Made by a program: the position numbers and the translations under genes. A DNA stretch of 64,000 bases from an uncultured Gammaproteobacteria bacterium (lineage in GTDB: Bacteria > Patescibacteriota > Patescibacteriia > Patescibacteriales > WJLG01), in assembly GCA_964395625.1 (NCBI GenBank), contig CAYNAR010000007.1, forward strand, positions 2,113 through 66,112. The letters run 5' to 3'. Positions 8,793 through 15,356 of the stretch are shown one piece after another (the stretch's first letter is position 1; each line of letters starts with the position of its first letter). The notes beneath the pieces are model-generated. The model was not told the origin of the DNA. It did not search any database and saw only the letters and a program-made list of their open reading frames with translations.

Positions 8793-9659
8793 ATGGCTAG
8801 ACCAATAAGGATACAATATCCTGGTGCTTTTTATCATATAATGACTCGGGGCAATAGACGCTCTAGTATATTTGATTCCACGGAAGACTATCAAGATTTT
8901 TTGATAGTCTTTTTTAATATCATAAAGAGATATAATTGGACTTGCTACGCCTACTGTTTAATGCCTAATCATTATCATTTGTTAATCAGAACTAATGATG
9001 CCAATTTATCTTTAGGCATGAGGCAGTTGAATGGTGTTTACACCCAGAACTATAATATTAGACACAAAAGAGTTGGTCATCTTTTTCAAGGAAGATTTAA
9101 ATCAATATTGGTAGAGGAAGAAAATTATAAATATCAATTAATAAGATATATAGCCTTGAATCCATTGAGAGCCAATATTGTTCAGGTGATAGAAGGCTGG
9201 AAATGGAATAGTTGTTTAGAGGTGATGAATAAAATAGCCATGACCGGCTGTGTGGAGATAAAGGAAATACTCTCTAATTTTGATCAGGACGAAAATAAAG
9301 CCAGGGAGGTGTTTTTAAATTATTTAACAAATAAAATAGAAGATGAGAATAGTCTAAGTAGTCTGAAAGGGGGTATAATATTAGGCTCGGTTGAATTTGT
9401 AGATAAAATAAAAGGCTATTTAAGAATTAAAGAGAAAGAATTAGAAATACCAGTAAAAGAAAGATTGGTTTCCAGGCCATCTCTGGAAGAGCTGTTTGAT
9501 GACAAAATAATAACAAGAGAGACAAGAAATAGGGCAATATATGTGGCGCACGTTGGCTATGGATATTTACTCTCAGAAGTGGCAAATTATTTAGGTATTC
9601 ACTATACTACTATTAGTAGGATATTTAAGAAAGAAAATGATTTATTATCAAAACGCTAA
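8793..9659 (+). CDS. HUH/Y1 transposase-like protein (IS200/RAYT-like) with a C-terminal HTH
   Basis: HUH motif in MPNHYHLLIRT and the catalytic-Tyr region RYIALNPLRA. C-terminal HTH-like segment is LSEVANYLGIHYTTISRIFKK. Strong RBS AAAGGAGGGGAAA. Confidence 0.75.
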   Translation: MARPIRIQYPGAFYHIMTRGNRRSSIFDSTEDYQDFLIVFFNIIKRYNWTCYAYCLMPNHYHLLIRTNDANLSLGMRQLNGVYTQNYNIRHKRVGHLFQGRFKSILVEEENYKYQLIRYIALNPLRANIVQVIEGWKWNSCLEVMNKIAMTGCVEIKEILSNFDQDENKAREVFLNYLTNKIEDENSLSSLKGGIILGSVEFVDKIKGYLRIKEKELEIPVKERLVSRPSLEELFDDKIITRETRNRAIYVAHVGYGYLLSEVANYLGIHYTTISRIFKKENDLLSKR

Positions 9660-9665
9660 AAGTAA

Positions 9666-9677
9666 AGACCTGACCCC
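9666..9677. repeat. right 12-bp inverted repeat AGACCTGACCCC
   Basis: Reverse complement of 8705-8716, starting 7 bp after the gene's stop codon. Confidence 0.75.
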
Positions 9678-9847
9678 AATATCATTAAGTGAGCAGATTA
9701 GTAATTATTTTACTAAAATTCTAAAATCTGCCAATCCTACCAAGGCACCAAACTATTGGACAATGCCAAAAAAAGATAGTAGAAATGCCCCATCAAAAAC
9801 TAATTACACAACAAAACCAGTTGATTTAAAAGTTATAATAAAAAGTA

Positions 9848-10198
9848 ATGAAAAATAATTTTTTGATTAAAAATAAATTAAAATATGCGCTGGGTGTGAC
9901 ACTGTTTGTTATATTCGTGCTATTTTCTTTTTGGCTTACTAGTTTAAATGATTCGGGAATAGGCGGATTAATAAAACAAGGCAATGAGGTTGTTGAAAAA
10001 ATTGAAGATTTTAGAAAGATAAGTGGCCGTTTGCCCGATTCCTTAAAGGAAATTGGTGTATACGAATCCGAACAAGGCCCAATTTTTTATGAGAAAAGAG
10101 GTGATTCCGAATATGCAATATTTTTTAGTATAGGTTTTGATGAGATGAAAGCATATTATTCCGATTCAAAAAAATGGGAAGATTCTTATCGGAAATAG
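9848..10198 (+). CDS. hypothetical membrane-anchored small protein
   Basis: 116-aa ORF with one N-terminal hydrophobic helix (ALGVTLFVIFVLFSFWL). Protein-like composition. No recognisable motif. Confidence 0.45.
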   Translation: MKNNFLIKNKLKYALGVTLFVIFVLFSFWLTSLNDSGIGGLIKQGNEVVEKIEDFRKISGRLPDSLKEIGVYESEQGPIFYEKRGDSEYAIFFSIGFDEMKAYYSDSKKWEDSYRK

Positions 10199-10548
10199 AA
10201 CTTAATTAAATAATGATTTCCCTTTCCTATAATGTATAATTATATAGGAGCATGTAGGTTTATATTTTGTTTTCTCCTCCCGCATTCGCGCTTAGTTTTT
10301 CTGATGAATAGACGATTGTTCCATTAAGATATGATCAAAATGTTTACGTCGGTGGAGTTTAGCCTCGGGCGGGCATACTCGATTTGTTTCTCACATTGAA
10401 GCTGGGCCACTGGTGATCGCACTCTGATATTTCGTGGCGCGGGTCCTTTTCCCTCTAGCGAAAGAGAGAGGATGAAAATTTGTTACTGGCAAGGTTGTCA
10501 GGTAAAAATACGAATGTAAAGAAAATATTAGTTATTTGTTTTATTTTC

Positions 10549-10560
10549 GTGGTCAGGTCT
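10549..10560. repeat. third, solo copy of the repeat (GTGGTCAGGTCT, 11/12)
   Basis: Same orientation as the left IR, with one mismatch. Confidence 0.5.
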
Positions 10561-10647
10561 TCGTGTTACTGTTTTTGACAAGATTATATTTTTGTTTTAC
10601 TCTTCTTTTAAAGCAATTGTTCTTTAAACAATGAAAAAAGGAGGCTT

Positions 10648-10923
10648 ATGATTGCTTTTCGGGAGAATATTCGAGAGATTGTCGGAGTTGTCGGTAATTT
10701 TCCCTGTCGCGACGCTACTTGTGTCGGCGTGGTGGAGGTTTCCGAAAATAATTCTGTACCGATGATAGACCATCGTGGCCTATCGGAAGTCTATCCCTGT
10801 CTTGTCTGCGGATTGATGCATACGGAGGAGGGCGCGCATATCCATGATCAGGAAAATAGTCTCGGGTCTTATTGGATCGATAATAATATCTTCAATAAGT
10901 CGATCGAGAAGATACGGGCTTAG
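10648..10923 (+). CDS. small Cys-containing hypothetical protein (possible zinc ribbon)
   Basis: Strong RBS AAAGGAGG. Has CRDATC ... CLVCG cysteine pairs. 91 aa. Confidence 0.5.
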   Translation: MIAFRENIREIVGVVGNFPCRDATCVGVVEVSENNSVPMIDHRGLSEVYPCLVCGLMHTEEGAHIHDQENSLGSYWIDNNIFNKSIEKIRA

Positions 10924-10947
10924 TCATTTTTTCGAAGGAGTCGGTTG

Positions 10948-11796
10948 ATGAAATTATTTTGGCGGATTTTTTTTCTCGTACTGTTGTGCCTCTCGTCTGT
11001 TTTTTCGGCCACGCCCTATGTCGACAAGATCGAAAAGTCGGCGAGCGAGAAAGAGGCTGTTCTATTCGTTTCCTGGAATGTCAAGAATTTCGGGCGCTCT
11101 AAAACTCCGGAAGTGATAGCTCGCATGGCTAAATTTTTGCGCAATGCCGACATCGTCGCTTTGCAGGAAGTGAGTACTTCACAATTCGGCGCTCAGACAG
11201 TCGCTTCTTTAAGCGACGAGTTGAATCGCACCGGCGCTAAATGGGATTATGCCGTCAGCGACGCGACCCATCCTAGCAAAAGCAAGGAGTGCTATGCCTT
11301 CCTTTGGAAAAGTTCCAAGATAAAAACAAGTTCTCGGATCAAGTTGTTGGTTTCCGAATTTGCTTCGGGCATGGAACGCGAGCCGGGCTTGGTCGAATTT
11401 TCGATCGATGATCGGCCTTTGTCCGTCGCCACTCTGCATCTGGTCCCAACCGCTAAAGACCCTAAGGCCGAAACAGTTTTTTTAAGTAGCAAGGCTCAGG
11501 TTTTTTCAGCTCAGTGTTTTATTCTGGCCGGCGATTTTAATCTTGGCTACAAAATGATTGGTAAAGAGTTTGAGGAAAAGATGAACATGAAGCACCAGAT
11601 TGAGGGCAAGACATCGCTCAAGAACAAGTTCGGCGCCAAAGGCGAGTATCTGTTGAATGAGTATGACAATATCTATAGTCGAGGCGTGTCGGTCGTGCGT
11701 GCGGGTATTTTGGATTTTTTTCCAGTCTTCGGTGGTTTCACCGAGGCTAAAGAAATCAGCGATCATTTGCCGGTATTCATCGTGTTCAAGCTTTGA
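10948..11796 (+). CDS. secreted endonuclease/exonuclease/phosphatase (EEP, DNase I-like) family protein
   Basis: N-terminal signal-like helix. EEP blocks: VSWNVKNFG, VALQEV, LAGDFNL, SDHLPVF. ATG at 10948 lies 7 nt after AAGGAG. Confidence 0.8.
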   Translation: MKLFWRIFFLVLLCLSSVFSATPYVDKIEKSASEKEAVLFVSWNVKNFGRSKTPEVIARMAKFLRNADIVALQEVSTSQFGAQTVASLSDELNRTGAKWDYAVSDATHPSKSKECYAFLWKSSKIKTSSRIKLLVSEFASGMEREPGLVEFSIDDRPLSVATLHLVPTAKDPKAETVFLSSKAQVFSAQCFILAGDFNLGYKMIGKEFEEKMNMKHQIEGKTSLKNKFGAKGEYLLNEYDNIYSRGVSVVRAGILDFFPVFGGFTEAKEISDHLPVFIVFKL

Positions 11797-11853
11797 TCGT
11801 TGCACCGCGCTTTCAAAAAGTGCGGTTTTTTTATTGCCTTCGTATAATACGGC

Positions 11854-11883
11854 TTGACCTTTTTGCGGTTTAAGGGCTATAAT
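11854..11883 (+). promoter_or_regulatory. near-consensus sigma70-type promoter (TTGACC-18-TATAAT)
   Basis: TTGACC at 11854-11859 and TATAAT at 11878-11883. Confidence 0.6.
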
Positions 11884-11896
11884 CATATCAAGTTAT

Positions 11897-11986
11897 ATGA
11901 ATCAAAGCCTTTCAAGGAATCAGATTATCGTAAGCTTGTTGTCCATTATTTTGGTCAACGTCTTTGGAAGTGGCTCAACTTGCTGA
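11897..11986 (+). CDS. candidate 29-aa hydrophobic peptide MNQSLSRNQIIVSLLSIILVNVFGSGSTC (nearly leaderless)
   Basis: It is the only ORF between the promoter at 11854 and the terminator at 12013. The ATG lies about 6 nt after the predicted TSS. No SD. Confidence 0.3.
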   Translation: MNQSLSRNQIIVSLLSIILVNVFGSGSTC

Positions 11987-12012
11987 ATATAGTGCAATAT
12001 CGCAAATAATAA

Positions 12013-12048
12013 GCCGCCGCTTCCAAACAGGAAAGCGGCGGTTTTTTT
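12013..12048 (+). terminator. strong rho-independent terminator
   Basis: GCCGCCGCTTCC / GGAAAGCGGCGG stem with one bulge, followed by a T7 run. Confidence 0.85.
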
Positions 12049-12080
12049 AATCGTTCTTTAAAAAAGAAAGGATCGGTCAT

Positions 12081-12293
12081 ATGTTGGAGATGTCGTCGAT
12101 GGTTTTGGAAAAAGTCGAAGCGTTCGCCCTACTAGTCGAACAGAAAAGCGCTTTGGAAAAGAAGTTGTCGACCGCCAAGTTAAGACGCGATATTAATATG
12201 ATAAAGGTTTATCAGTCTCAACTCGACGGTGTTAGTAAAAAATTGGATTTAGTGATGGTAGGGCTGGATAATTATCAGTGTGTTTGCGGGTGA
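12081..12293 (+). CDS. small hypothetical protein, paralog of the next gene
   Basis: 70 aa. Shares the core x-K-x-ALE-x-KLS with 12334-12561. Cys residues near the C-terminus. Confidence 0.55.
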   Translation: MLEMSSMVLEKVEAFALLVEQKSALEKKLSTAKLRRDINMIKVYQSQLDGVSKKLDLVMVGLDNYQCVCG

Positions 12294-12333
12294 TGTTTTA
12301 TTTAAATTTTAATTTTTAATGGAGGAGTGTGTG

Positions 12334-12561
12334 ATGAAAGATGCGATTACGATGTCCGGTGAGAATTGCACGATCATAAAAAGGCTCGATGCCCTAATCA
12401 GGGAAAAAGTGGCGCTTGAAAGGAAATTATCTGACAGCAGGACGCTAAAGGCCAACAAGGTTTTGATCTATATACGATTGATAGAGAATATTGATCGTAA
12501 TTTGAAGATGGTGACCAGTAAGGTCGGATATCCTGATTTTGTAGATTTGAGCTGTTTTTAA
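12334..12561 (+). CDS. small hypothetical protein, paralog of the previous gene
   Basis: ATG at 12334 lies 6 nt after GGAGGAG; the track start at 12319 overlaps that SD. Core sequence REKVALERKLS. Confidence 0.55.
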   Translation: MKDAITMSGENCTIIKRLDALIREKVALERKLSDSRTLKANKVLIYIRLIENIDRNLKMVTSKVGYPDFVDLSCF

Positions 12562-12588
12562 AAATGAGCCGATGTTCGGTCCTTTATG

Positions 12589-12622
12589 AAAGTCGATGAT
12601 TTGATTCGTCGACTTTTTTATT
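12589..12622 (+). terminator. rho-independent terminator
   Basis: AAAGTCGA / TCGACTTT 8-bp stem followed by a T-run. Confidence 0.7.
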
Positions 12623-12626
12623 TCTA

Positions 12627-12654
12627 TTGATTTAAATTTAAAATGATTTATTAT
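12627..12654 (+). promoter_or_regulatory. putative promoter of the pheA leader (TTGATT-16-TATTAT)
   Basis: TTGATT at 12627-12632 and TATTAT at 12649-12654. Confidence 0.45.
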
Positions 12655-12672
12655 GATTTGTAAGTTCAAGAT

Positions 12673-12738
12673 ATGAATATTGTCAAAGCCAACAATTTTT
12701 TCTTCGCTTTTTTCTTTGCCCCTAGGGGCAGGGGTTAA
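12673..12738 (+). CDS. Phe-rich leader peptide MNIVKANNFFFAFFFAPRGRG
   Basis: Six Phe codons fall within seven consecutive codons (12697-12717). Located between a promoter and a terminator, directly upstream of pheA. Confidence 0.55.
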   Translation: MNIVKANNFFFAFFFAPRGRG

Positions 12739-12771
12739 TTGGCTTTGATCAAATTGTCGCGTTCAAGCCTT

Positions 12772-12803
12772 CTGACCCCCGATGCGGTGGTCGGATTTTT
12801 TTT
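12772..12803 (+). terminator. attenuator terminator upstream of pheA
   Basis: CTGACC (12772-12777) pairs with GGTCGG (12789-12794), followed by T8 at 12796-12803. An alternative pairing, GGGGT 12731-12735 with ACCCC 12775-12779, overlaps the 5' arm. Confidence 0.55.
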
Positions 12804-12858
12804 AGCTCTTTATAATAAAATTCATAAAATTTAGTTCATTTAAAGAAGGGTGGTTTCT

Positions 12859-13716
12859 ATGGTTAATCGCGTAGCGGTCCTTGGTCCTAAGGGTACTAAC
12901 GGGCATGAAGCCGGTGGTCGTTTCATGGTTGGTGAAGATGCTAGTGAGTTTATCTTTTGTCGGAGCAATGTCGAAGTCTTCTCCAAGATATCTTCTGGCG
13001 AGGCGGATTACGGAGTCACGCCGATCCATAATAGCTCTACCGGCCTCATCGACGACGTTAAGCGTTTCTGGCTTGGCCAAGACGGAGATTTCGAAAAGCG
13101 GGGAGTGTATCCGATCATGGAAACGTCCTTGTCGATCGAGCATTGTCTGTTGGTGAGGCCGGATTTTCCGACTGACGCCAAGATAGAGAAAGTCTTCTCT
13201 CATCCCGAAGCTCTAAAGCAATGTCGGGAAGTCATCGAGGAGTACGGAATCGAGGATGAGCAGGCGGCCTTAAGTACGGCCGATGCGGCGCGCCTGGTCT
13301 CCTTGTCCGAGTCCGGGTCGAAGATAGCGGCCATCGCTTCTCGTTTCACTGCTGAAACATATGGTTTGAAGATTCTGAAGGAGGGCATACAGGATAATGG
13401 CGGTAATGAGACGACTTTCCATTTGATCGGTAAGAAGAGGAGCCTACCGACTTCGGGATGTAAGACGGCGATAATCTTCTGGGTCGACAACGAGCCCGGG
13501 TCGCTTGATGCGGTATTGGGCGTTATTTCGGCGGCTCGTCGCAACAAGTCCATCTTAGCCACTGTTTTTACCGGCAATAAGGGTAAAATCGCCTTTTATG
13601 TCGAGTTCGATGGACATAAGGAAGAGAAAGTCATTAAACACGTTTCCGGTCTTATCGAATGTATCACTAATAAATTGGTGGTGCTCGGTTCTTTTGTCGA
13701 GCTTCTTCGAGTGTGA
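12859..13716 (+). CDS. pheA: prephenate dehydratase with C-terminal ACT-like domain
   Basis: VAVLGPKGTNGHEAG opens the PDT domain. NETTFHLIG is also present. The C-terminus GKIAFYVEFDGH is typical of the ACT region. ATG at 12859 follows AAAGAAGGG. Confidence 0.8.
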   Translation: MVNRVAVLGPKGTNGHEAGGRFMVGEDASEFIFCRSNVEVFSKISSGEADYGVTPIHNSSTGLIDDVKRFWLGQDGDFEKRGVYPIMETSLSIEHCLLVRPDFPTDAKIEKVFSHPEALKQCREVIEEYGIEDEQAALSTADAARLVSLSESGSKIAAIASRFTAETYGLKILKEGIQDNGGNETTFHLIGKKRSLPTSGCKTAIIFWVDNEPGSLDAVLGVISAARRNKSILATVFTGNKGKIAFYVEFDGHKEEKVIKHVSGLIECITNKLVVLGSFVELLRV

Positions 13717-13723
13717 TCTTTTT

Positions 13724-13757
13724 AGCCACGGCTTATCAAGTAAGTCGTGGCTTTTTT
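13724..13757 (+). terminator. rho-independent terminator after pheA
   Basis: AGCCACG / CGTGGCT stem followed by a T6 run. Confidence 0.75.
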
Positions 13758-13859
13758 AAAGGGTTGATTTTTTGCCAAATACTTGCTAAGTTATCATTAT
13801 AAACGTTAGACAAATAACGTTTTATTTTACAAGGGAGAGTTTTAATTTTTTTTATTTCT

Positions 13860-14582
13860 ATGTCAGGACATTCCAAGTGGGCAACGACCCATCGCCAGAA
13901 AGAGGCTAATGACGCTAAGAGAGGCGCCGTTTTCACCAGACTGGCTAACGTTATAACCATCGCTGCGCGCGAGAAGGGTGGTAATATCGATATGAACTTC
14001 GCTTTGCGCATCGCCGTCGATCGCGCCAAGGCCGCCAATATGCCTAAGGAGAATATCGAGCGCGCCATTAAGCGCGGAACCGGCGAATTGGAAGGTGCCA
14101 CTATCGAAGAAATGACCTATGAGGCAGTCGGTCCTGTCAATTCCCAATTCGTTTTAAAGATTGTTACTGATAATAAGAATCGCACCGCCGCCGAAGTTCG
14201 CCATTTGCTTTCACAGCATGGAGGAGCTATGGGTGCCGTGATGTGGAATTTTGATCTAAAAGGTGTTATTCGCGTCACAGCCACTGAGGCGCAGGCCAAA
14301 GGCATTACCGGTGATGAAGCTCAGTTGGAATTAGTCGATGCTGGTGCCGACGACGTTAAAGTCGAAGAGGAGGGTGTGACGATATTGATGTCTCCGGCAA
14401 GTTTACAGAGCGTTAAAACTTATTTGGAAGGCAAGAATGTGACCGTTGAATCCGCCGGTTTGGAGTATGTCGCCAAGGATTGTATTGACCCTGCCGGTGA
14501 GGACGCCGAAAAGATCGAGAGACTTTTGTCTGCCATGGAGGATAATCAAGACATATCCGAATATTTCTCGAATTTGAAATAA
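13860..14582 (+). CDS. yebC: YebC/PmpR family DNA-binding regulator
   Basis: N-terminus MSGHSKWATTHRQKEANDAKRG is the family signature. 240 aa. Confidence 0.9.
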   Translation: MSGHSKWATTHRQKEANDAKRGAVFTRLANVITIAAREKGGNIDMNFALRIAVDRAKAANMPKENIERAIKRGTGELEGATIEEMTYEAVGPVNSQFVLKIVTDNKNRTAAEVRHLLSQHGGAMGAVMWNFDLKGVIRVTATEAQAKGITGDEAQLELVDAGADDVKVEEEGVTILMSPASLQSVKTYLEGKNVTVESAGLEYVAKDCIDPAGEDAEKIERLLSAMEDNQDISEYFSNLK

Positions 14583-14593
14583 TAAGACCTAAA

Positions 14594-15076
14594 ATGGGCA
14601 AGAATATCATAGGAATAGACCCGGGGATAGCCGATACCGGCTTCGGAGTGATCGAGAAATTGCCTGGCGGTAAGACCAAGTGCTTGGATTTCGGCTCCAT
14701 TAAGACCGCCGCCAATACCCCTTTGCCCGATAGATTAGCGATTTTAGAGAGGGAATTGTTGTCGATATTGGATAAGTATAAGCCGTCTTTGGCGGCTATC
14801 GAGGAGCTGTTTTTTGCCAATAACGCCAAAACGGCGCTTGTCGTCGGTCAGGCCAGGGGGGTCGTGCTGTTGACCTTGAAAAAAGCCGGCATCCCGATAG
14901 TCGAGTTTACCCCACCACAAGTCAAACAATCAATTTCTTGTTATGGTAAGGCCGATAAAAGACAGGTGCAGAAAATGGTCGCTTTGTTGTTAGGATTGAA
15001 GGAATTGCCGAAACCTGACGATGCGGCCGATGCTTTAGCTATCGCTTTGACTGGCATGAATGATTTGAAATTATAA
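14594..15076 (+). CDS. ruvC: crossover junction endodeoxyribonuclease RuvC
   Basis: IIGIDPGIADTGFGVIE at the N-terminus and DAADALAIAL at the C-terminus. 160 aa. Confidence 0.9.
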   Translation: MGKNIIGIDPGIADTGFGVIEKLPGGKTKCLDFGSIKTAANTPLPDRLAILERELLSILDKYKPSLAAIEELFFANNAKTALVVGQARGVVLLTLKKAGIPIVEFTPPQVKQSISCYGKADKRQVQKMVALLLGLKELPKPDDAADALAIALTGMNDLKL

Positions 15077-15106
15077 AATATAAGCTAATATTAGCTTATA
15101 TTTTTT
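15077..15106 (+). terminator. terminator after ruvC (perfect 26-bp palindrome + T-run)
   Basis: AATATAAGCTAAT / ATTAGCTTATATT at 15077-15102, followed by T residues. Confidence 0.7.
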
Positions 15107-15154
15107 ATGTAAAAAAGTAGTAGGTGGCTTTATTTTTACCAGCCCCTCGATGTA

Positions 15155-15183
15155 TTGACATTTTTTTTAAAATATATTATAAT
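15155..15183 (+). promoter_or_regulatory. consensus sigma70-type promoter TTGACA-17-TATAAT
   Basis: TTGACA at 15155-15160 and TATAAT at 15178-15183. Confidence 0.6.
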
Positions 15184-15206
15184 AGGAATAGTCGGCGTTA
15201 AAGATA

Positions 15207-15235
15207 TTGACAGCCGATAAATAAGATAGTATATT
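15207..15235 (+). promoter_or_regulatory. second tandem promoter TTGACA-17-TATATT
   Basis: TTGACA at 15207-15212 and TATATT at 15230-15235. Confidence 0.5.
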
Positions 15236-15356
15236 AGGTTTAATATAATTATTTTTTTATAAATATACAAGTTGGCTCAAGCGCTTGTAAGGACTAAAAA
15301 CCAAGGTTATTTTGATCAATCAAGAAGGAAAATAACACTCGGCTTTTAGTTCTCGA

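Larger units (their letters stand above)
6620..10260. mobile_element. AT-rich accessory insertion (retron-like module + HUH transposase-like gene + small ORFs)
   Basis: Composition drops sharply by eye right after the pflB terminator and recovers near 10265. The region contains an RT, a HUH transposase-like gene, inverted repeats and a duplicated gene-end remnant. Confidence 0.45.

Noticed and set aside
9637-9858. 73-aa ORF overlapping the end of the HUH gene
   Set aside because: It starts inside the HUH gene and crosses the right inverted repeat. It has no SD and a low-complexity composition driven by AT-rich DNA.
12719-12730. Perfect 12-bp palindrome GCCCCTAGGGGC as a protein-binding operator
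   Set aside because: It lies inside the leader-peptide ORF. It is explained more economically as part of the alternative RNA pairings of the attenuator. An operator role cannot be excluded but nothing else supports it.
12802-13203. 133-aa minus-strand ORF overlapping the pheA leader and 5' region
   Set aside because: It is opposite the prephenate dehydratase frame, which carries clear family motifs. It would also run through the attenuator terminator.
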